64,000 nt of DNA, taken from assembly GCA_002189035.1 (NCBI GenBank), contig NEEC01000026.1:579528-643527 (forward strand). The letters run 5' to 3'. This document shows positions 25,393 through 38,774 of the stretch, one piece after another; the stretch's first letter is position 1, and the number at the start of each line of letters is the position of its first letter. A program made the position numbers and the translations under genes. This stretch comes from Utricularia gibba. Its lineage: Eukaryota; Plantae; Magnoliophyta. The notes below the pieces were generated by a model. It saw nothing but the letters and a program-made list of their open reading frames with translations, was not told the DNA's origin and searched no databases.

Positions 25393-26763
25393 TCACCTAC
25401 TTGAGTGGACGCCAGATTCCTTCTCGTAAACATCACCGACATATTTCCAATTGATGAAAATTGTGGATCCACGGAGACTCATAAGCATCAAAAAAACTAC
25501 CTGCAAGTAGTATGCATGCTCCCACACATCAATACCCAGTAACGGTACCAAATTTGGTCCTTTAGTAACAAGTGGATCCTGCAGCAAAAGATGGCCATAA
25601 TGAACAATCATGCGTTACCTCAACCCCGGGTCACATCAAAGGAAAAAATGGCATTCATGTTCCTGGACAAGCTTGTTCCGGTTTGCAACTATGGCATTCC
25701 ATCTAACCTGATTTGCAGTTGTCTCGACCAGCAAGTGCTTTGATTCTTTATCCAACCCCAACCACTAGAAATGTCCAGGATCTGAGTTGAGCTACTCGTA
25801 CGGAAACTTCTCTTACAACGTAATGAGACCAAAGGGGTCATTGCAATCTTACCACCCATCCAGATCCCTGTAATGCAGCCCCTTCTGTGGTAACCTTCTG
25901 GATTAGCGCTTCGAAGGAGCCAAAATCCTCGTCAATGGCCCAGCCTAGAGAACCCTTAGGAGGGTCCCCTCCTCCTTCCTGCCAAACAAATTAAAAATTA
26001 TTTGAGAAATCTTACCCAGTTTTGTAAAATGAACTAAAATATCGCCTTACCTGCACAGGCGCGAGGTTCTTCCAGAAAATCGAGTGATTGATATGACCTG
26101 TTTTTTTTTTTTTTTGAAAAAAAAAGCAAGGTAAACCAGGTTCCACAGGAACTACCAAATTGGCAAGACCATGAATCAACGAAACGTCCTGATATTGTTA
26201 ATGAAAATCTGCAATTTTCGCCTGTCTTCCCTTAGTAGATTAAACTAAAATTAGCGCAAGAATTGCAAAGTCTAGAAGCAAAATCCCATGTTTCGAAAAC
26301 GGTACACATCCAAACGCACTGGATATTGTTCAGACTCAGCATTAAATCTCAATTTTGCAATTCAAACCAATCAAGACAATCCCAAGCTCAAAAGCAAATA
26401 AGAATCCTAAGGAATATTCCGTCAGCGAGATAAAAACAACGAGAGAGAGAGAGCAAAGAACAACGCTGCCGAGGACCAACCTCCGCCGTTGAATTTGATG
26501 GAGCTATGCAGCTTGACGACGGTCGAGGCGTCCCCTCCGGATATGGCAGCATCCAGCTGCTCGAGAGCCTTGTTGTAATTTGTTATGTAAGCCTGGTGAT
26601 GCTTCTGGTGGTGGAGTTGCATGATTTCGCCGCTAATGGCCGGCTCTAGGGCGCCGTAGTCATATGGAAGGTCAGGCAAAGAGAAGGTGTGGAGCCCTCG
26701 GAGTGCCAAACGCAATGGCAAGGCTCTCACAGTCTTCCCGGCAAGAAGGGATCGGAGCGCCAT
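25393..26763 (-). CDS. MSD1: Mitochondrial manganese superoxide dismutase with a damaged final exon
   Basis: Exons 26763-26481, 26097-26051, 25978-25853, 25764-25708 and 25578-25501. Motifs LHHQKHH, NGGGHINHS, QGSGW and [12 protein letters not shown]. The last exon lacks [15 protein letters not shown] and its acceptor. Confidence 0.93.
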
Positions 26764-27066
26764 GGTTGAAACTGAAAGCGACACCGAAACCTGGTTTGGT
26801 AGATGGAAATGGGAGCCTTGTGTACAAGAGTGCCACCTTCACACTTCTTTATTAAGGGTGTCTCTGGTAAGTATATATTCTTTGGTCTAGTGATTTTATT
26901 TAAGACTATGTTTCATAGGTTAACCAGATTCTACTCATTTTGTTCAAGAATACTATCTAGTATTCTCGTCTTGATTATTTGGTATATCTTTAAATGAAGG
27001 GTTTGAGTTATATTACTGCTTTTTCATTAGGTTTAATCGAAAAGTATTATAAATGAACGGCTAATG

Positions 27067-27794
27067 TGATTGTAGTTTATCTAATAAATCCTAAAGTACA
27101 TCAACCTTTTACTTAAAGCATCTTTGAAGTATAATCAATCATATTTGATAAGTAAAGCATAACTTCATACATGTAAATCGAAGAAAATATCTTAATTATA
27201 AGGAAAAAAGTCATCTGAGGCAAAGTGTTCAATAAACTAAACATAAAGTGAAATGTTATGTTTCTCGTTTGGTACTGTTCACTGTATGTAACAATAACGT
27301 TGAATTGAGTTTCAATGTATCCTTTTCACGTTGAAGGTTTTTTCTTCCAGAAAAATCATCTTCCTCTTCATTCATTTCTTATGTTCTTCCTAATCATTCA
27401 TCATTCTATTGTTTTTCGAAGCTCCAAAATATCTCCCTCTCTCCTCTTCTATTTTTTTCATGTGAGTATTGTTTTTGATATCCCTAATGTTCTTATCTTG
27501 AATTTTCAAATTGCAGGTGACAAGACAATGTTTTTTTGTCCGCCGTCAGATATTGCACCCCTCTTGACTTGATCCACATATTTTTGAATTCGATCTGCTG
27601 CTAATTTTGATGCTAAGACTCAATTAAACATCAAATATACTGGACTAATCAAAGTATTTAGTTCATGTTTGCACATAAACATGAAAATAGCCTAAATAAC
27701 ACTTAAAACATGAAAAACTATATAAACACACTTTAAATCCTAACAAAACATGATAATTTTGTATTATAAAATACTAAAAAATATGTGTCTATCA
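27067..27794 (-). mobile_element. Athila/Tat-like LTR fragment upstream of MnSOD
   Basis: Right end aaatatgtgtctatca is the reverse complement of the family start TGATAGACACATATTT. Left boundary approximate. Confidence 0.55.
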
Positions 27795-28600
27795 CTATGA
27801 ATTCAGCTTTTGAGTCCTATTCTATGATTATTGATTAGGGCCAAAACCAATCTTATTCAAAGTGAAGAATCCAAGATTGGGATCAATTATATCCTTCAAT
27901 TCTCATACAAGCATTGGACGTTACTATTACTCAAACTTTGAAAAGTGGCAAAATTGATTTCTATCAATTACTGTTCATCTTAATTGTTTTAACAATTTAG
28001 TATAATTATTTCTTAATAATTGTTACAATTATTCCCCAATATTTTTTAAATTAACATAATTGGTTCTTAAGAATTTGGTGCTTACTATTCACACAAACAA
28101 CTTGAGATAAATGGTCTTTATTATTTGATATAATTGGCATAACTAGTTCTAGCTATTTATGTATTTGATAAAATTAGTCTCTCCAATATTATTTACACAA
28201 TTTTTATATTTTAAAATGATACTTATTCACACTTGCCATATTTAATAGAAGAGTCACACTCTATAATAACAAAGACATCACAAAAGTTAAATTTGATCAA
28301 ACTATGTAAAATCGTAAACCAAATCCATCCATTTTATAAAAAATAGAAAAAATAGTATATTACTATTACAAAACTATAATGTAAACCATTATCATTCACG
28401 GCTCACTGATGTTGTCAATATTGGAACTTCGAAGATAACTTCAATCATCAATCATATGTTGATGTTGAAATAAAATTCTTATTAACATGAGTAATGAGTG
28501 TACTAAGAAAGATTATGTTAAAACTATATGATATTCATACAATATATACATGAATTTTTATTAAAAATCATCAATATATACTAAATTTCTTTCTGGTCAA

Positions 28601-28640
28601 ACTAGTCGTTGGCCCGGTGTGTTGCCAATGGCTAGCAATA
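28601..28640 (-). mobile_element. Possible Helitron 3' terminus
   Basis: The minus strand reads ccattggcaacacaccgggccaacgactag|t: a degenerate GC hairpin, then CTAG followed by T. Confidence 0.35.
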
Positions 28641-29850
28641 TTTATTTTAATATCTCTTAACATGTTTTATATTTTTTTAATCTTATTTGGGTTTTGTGAT
28701 ATTAATCAAAAAATTATTGATAATCACATTTTTTGTTGTTAATGTTTTTTAAAAAAAACAATGACCATTGGATGACTTGGTTACATTTAATGAATATTTT
28801 AAATCGAACCAATGATTCGACGATTCCTAATACATTGAACTGAACTGAAATCATATGGTTCCGATTCTGGAACCATACACATGCCCATGGCCCAAAACCG
28901 AACCAAAAGCATGGTTTGGTTTGAACCACGATTCTGATTTCAATCGATCGTACCTCTAGTGACAGTTTACAACACACTCAACAACCTCACACGACAATGC
29001 TCTGCAATATCTTATGATACCTCGTAAACATATTCTACATTAAAGAAAATAAAAAATATAGAAAATTATAGTGGTAAGTGTAAAGATTATTAATATAATG
29101 ATAAAGTACATAAAAACTTGAATATTAGTTTTAAATTTTGATTACACAGATGATAGTAATCCTTCTTAGATGATTTTCTAACATGCATCTATAAAAACTT
29201 GAATGGACTATAAGATGATTATATGAGTGATGAAAGAGGACCTTATTTCACATATCACAATGATTTCCATTGTTTGTTCATATGTTAATCCAATATAATA
29301 GGATTTGAAAGAAATTATTATAACAATAAATTAATACATCAATATATTTTATTATATACACGTATCGATATGACTATTATTATAATATATATATAATTTA
29401 TACATGTTTATCATAAATAGTAAATTTTCAAAATAGAATGTAATGAGTATACTCATGTCCCCAATCGAATACATCATTAATGTCATTCGAATAACAATTA
29501 AAGTACTGATTGTACTCATCAATTCATTGGTGCTCGATATGGCACTGGTCCTACTCCACATACAATGGGAATGATGAGGTTTAAATCCAATTTGGTTAAT
29601 CGGCTACTGAAAGGAGAGCCAAAAGGTGTCCTGACAGTCTGGCACAGGCCGACAGACCGATAAATGTTAGAGTTGTCAGCATTGGCCGTTTTGGAAAGTC
29701 TGACAAATAGCCGAATTACAGCAATGACAGAAGCAGTCGGTAGTTATCTGAAAGCAGGACTGCAATACAGGCAACATGCGCAGAAAGTAGGTGACATCTA
29801 TAGAATTCAGAATTCAGTTAGACCAACCTCTCCTATAAATGTAAGAAATT

Positions 29851-30267
29851 CTATAGAGGAAATGGTTGGATTTCAAGCCCTCTGACTTGTATCTTTTCTC
29901 CATCTCCATCTAGTGAAGTCACTTTACTGCGAGCTCCAATAGCTCCGTGGTTTTTTTTATTCCTTAACAATTTCCGCGTAAAAATCCCTTGTCTTCTTTC
30001 ATTTCTATTGATCACATTGCAATGCACAACTCGTAAGAATCTGAATCGGATAGGACATGTTCGATTGTATTCTTGAACCGAAAATCGAACTCCACCCTCT
30101 TGCCGGTTTTTGACCACAACAGGGACGTTAGCTATAGAGACCAACCCAAATAGGAAATCATATAAATATTCGTTGATATCTATGGCATTGTTATCACGAG
30201 GATGAAAATATGCAATTTGTTCACTATAAGATAAAGTGAACATGGCAATAAGAAGGTTAATATACAA
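29851..30267 (-). other. Unidentified 138-codon ORF
   Basis: Stop-free ORF in AT-rich TE context with no motif I recognise. Confidence 0.25.
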
Positions 30268-30354
30268 CCTACGTTTGTAAAATAGGACTCATTAGATTGA
30301 TGAATCCCTTATTCGTGAGTATTCTATAAATAGCGTATTTCAAGTGTTGTAGTT

Positions 30355-32555
30355 AGGATACTATGGAAAGCTAACCAAGTGTTAGTAGCAACATTTCAAA
30401 TATGATAGCCATGCAAATAAGCTTAGACTTGAGGTCAACAAAGTTATCTTGATCTTAAGTTTGCATTTTCGCTCATTACTAATGACAATCGAAGTATTTG
30501 AGTAGGTCATTGAGTGTTAGTGTTTAAATGCAATTATAAGTTTGATACATCAGAAAGACACACACTCATATTCTAATATCAAATAAGATATAAGTATGAT
30601 GAAAATTGTTCATTGCATTTTGGCTGGCCATAGAAAGACTCATCAATTCACCTTATTATTGTTACATCATGGGAATCATGATATGTTGTTAGAGATCACT
30701 CATGATCGATAATGATGGATTTGATTAATTAAGAATTAATTAATGAAATCCATTATTACGGCATTGATTGATACAATTACATGAATTGAAATCCATTATT
30801 ACGGCATTGAAATCCTATAGGGTCACACACAATCGTGGAGCCACTCATCGATACAAAATATAATGATACAATTACATGAAATATAATTGGTAATGTATAT
30901 AAATTAAATATAGAGTTATTTTAAGATTAATATTGATTAAACTCAAAATAAAAGATTTGATATATATAAGATTTGGAACATATATATATCTTCACAAGAT
31001 AAGATCTTTACGAAAATTTGATTAGATATGTTACCAAATATCTATCAAAAAGATTCGATCTGCAGATATTTTGATATCTTTGTTCTCTTTAAAATTGATC
31101 CGCAAGGGAGCGATTTTTTCTACTAGCACCTGAGGAGATGGACCATCATTATGCTGCCTTGAGAAGGTTATCGACGGAGTGCTTCACGTGTGGATATCTG
31201 ATAACACATATTTTTGAGTGTTTAGGAGTAGAAAAATGTCTAATATTTTGTCACAAAACTCAAGTTCTAGCATGAATTTCTATGCTTTTGCAACTAGTAC
31301 TGCAATCGCATGTTTTATTCCTAGTTAGGACTAAATCATGATTTAGTCCAACCTTAGTTTTAATTGTTTCCTAGAGCAATGCAGCAATTGTCGGCCAATT
31401 CAATTTCCTAGAAGCCAAAAAGAGCACAGTGAAATTATAAAGTATATGGACAAAAAACTAAAGAAAGTACAATCAAATATTAAGGAAGAGAAGAAAATGA
31501 TTTTGAAAATAATGAGGAAATAGAAAATATCTTCCCATTGAAGAACACGAAAAACAGTGGTGGGAGGGGAGATTTGGAAGGAGAGAGTAGCACAACCATG
31601 GAGGACGAAGAAGATGAAATCATGATCCAAGCTCTACTTTGATGATTTTCTTCCGTTCTTGAAAAATACTATTCCTAACTTAGAATAGTTTTAGCTTTAC
31701 TACATGACCCATTTGCCTTTTCTATTTCTATTATGTACTGCTTGCTGTTGTTTAATTTTGAGACCAGAATGTTGCTTGTGATATGTTATGAAAACGTTTT
31801 TCTTTTCTTTATCATGAGTGGCTAAATACTTAGAGGAGTGCCTTAGGGTCAAAGGGATGTAATGTACTAATCAATCATTTGACCTTGTTAATTATAGATC
31901 ATACCACTTCCTTATCAAATCAAGATAGATTCAGTAGAGGGAAGTAATGATATTCCTCTTAACAACCCTAATTAGAGGTAGAGCAAAGATTAAAAAAAAC
32001 AAGGGTTTGGATAGATCTAGACTTTTGCTTGTTAGATGTATGATTTATGGTGTATGTGAGGTTATTTTAATGATAAGCATACAAGCTCTAGGAGTCTCAA
32101 GGCGCCACCAATTTCATCTTCGAAACAACCGAGTTCAAAAGTTTGTTACTTTTATTTATCGTATTCTATCGTAGTTCTGTCTTAGTCCTAATTAAAACCA
32201 AATTTATCAACGTGACATTGATTACATGCATTGATAATCACATGACAAGCACCTGCTCTTCATGTTCAACCCTAATCATTATGCTCATAATTGTATCATG
32301 CTTGAATGTATGTTAGATTATAAATTTATGTGATAGGAAAATTTGCAATTTAATGACATTACATATTTTTTGTTTATCAATATCATAGAGGCCATCTATT
32401 GTTGGCGGTTGGTGAACAATGGAGTGCACTGAAAGGTATTCTCACAATCTCCATATCTGATGTATATCGTATTCCAAGATCTGTGGTTTGGGTTTCTCAA
32501 AAAGTTTTAAATTCCGTTGCTTTTCTGACATAAGATGTTTACGAGAAACCTAACA
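30355..32555 (+). mobile_element. 5'-truncated Angela-like Copia LTR interrupted by a solo LTR
   Basis: Colinear with 56520-57620 on both sides of the insertion. Ends in acgagaaacctaaca. Confidence 0.85.
31199..32379 (+). mobile_element. Nested solo LTR (Athila/Tat-like)
   Basis: TGATAACAC...GTTTATCA with perfect TSD ATATC at 31194-31198 and 32380-32384. Confidence 0.93.
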
Positions 32556-33350
32556 ATGCTATCAGTACTTTCTTCAAGGTATCGAAGACGAGAGGCTTCT
32601 ACCAATTTTATGTACAAATGACCCCAATGTCTATGTAATTCACCTCGGGTAACTAAAAATGAAGTATTCACATATATACAATAATTATTTCTAATTCTTA
32701 CGATAGTGATACATACCTAACAAAATATGATGCATGAAGCGTATGTACCGAAGAAGTGTTTCATCATTAGCTATGGATTGTGCCTATAACTTCCATCGCA
32801 TAAATTCTATAAAGCACATTTATAGAAAAATGGAAACTAAAGGTAATACATACCAACCTTGACAATCATGCAGTGACATCAAAATAGATAAAATATAATT
32901 ACAGAAATCTTGAAAGGATACCCAATAAACACTACATCGACAAAATTAATCAGAAAGGATTATATAAGTTACAATGAAAATTAAATGACTCCCAAGCAAT
33001 CCCATTATCTATCCACCCTAAGACTTGCTATCTCTATCATGAATGACATGGGCAAACAAGTCATTCACAGCTAAAACAAGTAACTTTATCACCCATTGCA
33101 TGGGTTGGGGAGCACAAGTAGCAAACTTATCTCTTTACTCGTAGCTCTCTTTGGTCTACGATTAACAGAACATCTGATAGGCTTTATCAAGTTTCATATA
33201 CTTCTTCATCAACTTCTTGATCGTATGCCTCCAAATCCCATTGTAGTCACTGGATATCAAATTAAAAAGAATCAATCTTTGGTGACATATTGTTGGATGG
33301 CTCCAAGTCACCCAAATCAATGAACCTGATGATAACATCGAGGATCATGA

Positions 33351-33620
33351 ATGTATTAAAGGCACACCCTCATAAGCTTATATTTACAATTTGAATCATC
33401 AACAAATCATTTAAAATTTGAACTCAAATATAAATAACACATAAAATCACATATCCTCATAATAAGTGTTCATCATAGATATCATGTATTAAAGGCACAC
33501 CCCTCATAAGCTTATACCTACAATTTGAATCATCAACAAATCATTTAAAATTTGAACTCAAATATGAATAACACATAAAATCACATATCCTCATAATAAG
33601 TGTTCATCATAGATATCATG
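33351..33620. repeat. Tandem duplication with a unit of about 133 bp
   Basis: atgtattaaaggcacaccc...catagatatcatg starts at 33351 and again at 33484, nearly identical. Confidence 0.9.
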
Positions 33621-35202
33621 TCCACCATATAACCCTTAGATACTAAATTGATAACAATAAATCATGGGTCTCTCTGTTATATACACTCATACCTATGAGA
33701 CAACATATGAAAGTAACCCAAATATACATTAAAATTAAAATAGACCCACCCCTATTATATGTATTCACGCTCATATAAGATTTTTCATCCCCACCCACCT
33801 TACAAACACCATAACCCATGCCTATATGCTACTTTCCAAAATTGTTATACAAGAACAATTTATGTCATAACCCACACCCATATAATACTTTTTTATGCTC
33901 AACTCACCATTCATACATAGATTATGCCATAACCCACACATGTATACTACATTTTGAAATTGCTATATGGGCGGAGGTTATAGTATAATTCATGCCTGTA
34001 ACAATTTTTATGAAGTTTTGGTATCATACCCTCTAACATACTATTGTGGGTTATGACATAACTTATACTCATGTGTCATTAGTAAAGGCTATATACAATA
34101 ACCCATGCCCCTATGCCATTTTTTAGTATGCAATTTTTTTAAAATTTAAAAATAATAGCCTTAATTTAAGTTCAAATATATCATATTATTATTTGTGTAA
34201 CTAATATTAGGAGGAAAAATTAAAAAGAAAAAAAATAATTATAAATATAGTTATTTGTATTACATTTTATTCTAGTTTCTACTAAATGTATATTTTTTTC
34301 GTTTATAATTTTTTTTAAAAAAATACAAGTTTAAACAAATAAAAAAAACTTATATTTTACTCACAAATACAATTCTCACCACAAAAATACATCTAACTGA
34401 GAATACTAATTAAAAAGAGAACTATTTGCCCAATGTTTGTCAAATCAAACTTTTTACAAATAAGAAATTTGCATAGGATTGTTTTACTAATTAAACCCAC
34501 TACAATACTCCTGCCGTTAACCTAAATATTGTGGACGGTTGAATTATTCCATCATGACCAATCATTGTATGTAGTGCTTCATCGATTCTTCATAAATTTG
34601 GTATGATTTATTCAATAATGCTACTGTTAAAATTTAAAAAATAATAGAAAGTATAATATAGTTTAAATTATTAATTTAATCTATATTTATACATAAAAAT
34701 ACATATAGTATTAAAATTATCAAAATATTAAAAATCCTAATTAAAACATATAATTTCATATTCTTAAACTACCTCCAAAAAATATGTCATCACATGTTCT
34801 CCCAATTGATATTTGATGGAATTTTCGTTTTTAGCTAACTACTATGCTCTTGCCTTATATGAAGACAGCGGATATTCCATCAGCGTTTTAAAAACTGCAT
34901 TCATACCCATCATCTTACATTATTTGCATTATAAAATATTCACTATAAATTTGGTTTTCTCCCAATATTTTTCTTTCTTTTACTATTTGTGACCCCCCAC
35001 CAGCATACATTAGAAAAAAGAACGTCAACACAGAATGACCGACGTCTATTAAAATTTGCATTATTCTAATACCCTCGAGGGGCGCACATGCGTACAAAAA
35101 AAATTTGCAATAAGGAGCGGAGTGCAGTTGAGAGAACACCTTGTGCACAAAAAACACTGCTTCGGCGCCTATCCGTCTATGTCTCCTTTTCAGTTGTCGA
35201 GA

Positions 35203-37717
35203 ATGGCCTTCGAAAAATGCTTACCGTCCTGGCGTTCGCCAGCACCTTCGCTAGCTCCTCCTTATTTGTCCTCTATCCCTACAGCCTCGCGGAGCCATTC
35301 TTTCATCATCCGCATGTCATCATCATCTTCTTCTTCTCCCACACGGGTTTCCGTCACCGGCAACGATGCGCTTTTGCAGTATGTCGGCTGGTCTCCTACT
35401 GTAAGTCATGTACCTCTCTCTAATCGCTTCTCTTCTTAAAAAAAGAGACTTGATATGTTTTCCGTTGTTCAGGTGTTTCCCCTTGAGAAGGACGTGAATA
35501 CAGAAAGGAGAGATTACTTGTTGGAGAAAACTGCAAAGAAGCTGCGAACCAACAAGGAATCAGTTGAGAAGCTTCAAATGATTGACACCATCCAACGACT
35601 GGGTGTCGGATACTATCTCGAGGATGATATCAACGCTGCGTTGAGAGCTGAATTATCACATGGCTTCTGTGGGGCCGATAATCTGTTCACTACAGCTCTA
35701 CGCTTCCGCCTACTCCGTCACAATGGATTTCAAGTGAAATCTGGTGATATTTATGCTATCTGTTTCTTCATTTGTCGACATGAATATGAACCCAGGGTAT
35801 TCATGTTCTCTTAACAGATGTATTCGACAACTTCACTGATGGAAACGGTAAACTCCCGCAGTCTATGGCTGGGGACGTTATGGGTCTGCTAAGCTTGTAC
35901 GAGGCATCGTACACGGGTGCTCATGGGGAAACTTTACTAGATGAAGCTAGAGGATTCACCAGAGCCAATCTCCAACGGAAGCTTCCAGAGCTCCCGCTGC
36001 TACTTCAGGAGGAAGTGGCTCAAGCATTGGAGGTTCCTAGGCATCTGAGGATGGCGCGGCTTGAGGCGCGACTGTTCATTGAGCGATACTCGAAACAAGA
36101 GGATCGTGATGACCAACTTTTGGAACTGGCGAAACTGGACTACGATAGGGTCCAAGTTCAACACCAGACTGAACTCGCTGAAATCACAAGGTGAACGAAT
36201 GTTTTTATTTATCACAAGGCTATGAAAAAGGTCTCACCTTTCAATACTCACGATATAAAGATTTGCATCAGTCAAAAATTGCCTTCTAAAGTCCTGCAGA
36301 AGTTGCGTAGCCACTCTATTAAATGGAAGAACTAGATTTCATTTGGTTCAAAAAGTCCAGGTTATTTAATTTTTGCAAGTTAGCTGAACTAGTGGAAATT
36401 GATACTAGCGTGTGTTTTCTTTTTTCCGTAAAACCGATTATAAATGTTAGATAAACAGCATATTCATATCCCAAAAGAAATAGGTTATATTTATGGAAAA
36501 AAGGTGCTGCCTACTCTTGATACCCACAGCACACAAATTTATGCTTCTACTAAGATTTCTTTTCTCGTCGTGGATATTTCTGCATGTGAAGGTGGTGGAA
36601 ACAACTTGGGCTGGTTGAGAAACTGCCCTTTGCAAGGGACAGACCGTTGGAGTGTTTTCTGTGGACAGTCGGGCTTCTGCCAGAGCCCAAGTACTCTCGA
36701 TGTCGAATAGAATTGGCTAAAACAATAGCCATTCTTTTGGTGATTGACGACATATTTGACACCTACGGCAAAGTGGAAGAACTAGTCCTTTTCACGGATG
36801 CAATCACAAGGTAAAACTGATATCGAACTTCTGTTTCTTTTTAATTTATTTTAATTGCTTATGATAGATTGAAAGTATACTCGCACAGGTGGGATTTGAA
36901 AGCCATTGAGGGGCTACCCGAGTACATGAAGATATGTTACATGGCACTCTACAACACCACCAATGAAATATGCTACATTGTTCTCAAGGAAAATGGATGG
37001 AGCGTCCTCCCGTACCTCAAATCCTCTGTACGTGTCCCTAATATGTGCATACGTATTGCGGTTGCAGGTTGCAACGTAACATTAACGAGTGGGATGTGCG
37101 GTGCAGTGGGTGGACATGATAGAGGGATTCATGGCGGAGGTGAAGTGGTTCAACGGCGGGAAGCGGCCGACCCTGGAGGAGTACATTGAAAATGGTGTGT
37201 CGACTGCAGGGGCCTACATGGCTTTGGTGCATCTCTTCTTTCTAATCGGTGAAGGCGTTACCGACCACAACGGCAGTTTGCTATTCAAGCCGTACCCGAA
37301 ACTTTTCTCTGCAGCAGGCCGGATTCTCCGACTATGGGACGACCTTGGCACTGCCAAGGTATCTGAATCTCATCATCAGTGACTTACCAAAGAAAACCCT
37401 GAGTAATAAAATCGATTCTATACGCAGGAGGAGCAAGAGCGTGGGGATCTTTCGTCCAGCATCGGTCTGGTAATGGTGGAGGAGAATCTGCTGACGGAGG
37501 AGGAGGGGACAAATCGCATTTTGGAAAAGATTGAGGATCTGTGGAGGGATCTAAACGGAGAGATGCTAACGGATCCGACAAAAGGATGCCCCTGTCGATA
37601 GTTAAAGTGGCACTCAATATGGCGAGAGCTTCACGAGTAGTGTACAAGCACGAGGACGCCTCCTATTTCTCCAGCGTCGACAACTATGTCAAGGATCTCT
37701 TTTTCACTAAATTCTAA
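35203..37717 (+). CDS. GES: Plastid monoterpene synthase of the TPS-g clade, geraniol-synthase-like, with a 1-bp frameshift in the last exon
   Basis: Seven exons: 35203-35400, 35473-35743, 35818-36190, 36592-36810, 36889-37027, 37107-37358 and 37428-37717. Ser-rich transit peptide, no RR(x)8[11 protein letters not shown]...[28 protein letters not shown] and SSVDNYVK. Alternative ATG at 35179. Confidence 0.88.
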
Positions 37718-37734
37718 ATAAAAAGGACGATTTA

Positions 37735-38250
37735 TGACAACCCATATACTTTTAATCTAATTGTACGTCGTTCTTGTTGCCAAGCCATAAACCTCTTGAA
37801 AGCTAAATCAACTCTTAGGGAAAGCAATGCACCCCTTGACAAGATCAAGGCGGATACGAAAAACATGTGAGTGAAAGATCCAGATCCTAGGCTGAGCCAA
37901 AAAGGATACACGCCCAAGAAGGATAAGGTGTGCCTTAGAAGGAAGTATCAATAACCAAAAAGGGGCCTACCATGAATAGAATAATGATAACTTCACAACG
38001 TATAGAAGACCCCCTTCTCCTCTAGTGTCGAGGAGTTTTTGCTTTCTGGAATTCTAAGCCCTTGTTGGCAGTACCATAGCTTCAAGAAAGAAGCATCAAC
38101 TTCTTTCCAAGTCCAAGGGGGATTTGGCGAAAATTGTGGCTTATCCTTACAATCAACGCCCTTTCACTCATTCTCAAAACCTTGAACTTAACAATCTGGT
38201 ATTAGAGCGTATGGATGAACTCAAGGAAATGCTGATCAACATGATGGCTG
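37735..38250 (+). mobile_element. LTR remnant with tRNA-Met PBS and gag start
   Basis: ...ttaaCA at 38193, then TGGTATTAGAGC (38197-38208, one mismatch to TGGTATCAGAGC), then MDELKEML. The left TG at 37735 is tentative. Confidence 0.55.
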
Positions 38251-38774
38251 ATTTAAAAAGGGATATATCAAGTCTGCTGCGATCAGTAACTTAAAAAAAA
38301 AAAACTATTGAGAATAAAAATCTACAAAACATGTTCTCTTGAAATAAGCTTGTAAATTTGTAACGAGGATCAAATTTGAGCATGTGAAAAACAAATAGAG
38401 CTGTATTATGTAACATTCATCATCCATCAATTAGCTCAGTGGTTTCAGGTGGTGTCCTGCAACGATCAGGACAAACACAATTATACGGTCACTCTTTAAA
38501 CAAGCCGGATGTAACTTCTACCTTTTAAAACACTTGCACTGATCCCATACTTTCACTGCTGTAAGCTTCAACAAACCACTACAAACAAATGAATACACAA
38601 ATGCAGCGTTTACATCGGTATATTGAGCAAAAAAGAACATTTTTCCGACCGCAGCTTCAAAAATTGTACAATATACATTTTATTCAACCCCTAAGGTATG
38701 TGTCATGTAATGAAAAAACTCTATTAACTAGGAAGATTTACAACCTGAGAATATGGAAAGAGAACTTTCCATAA

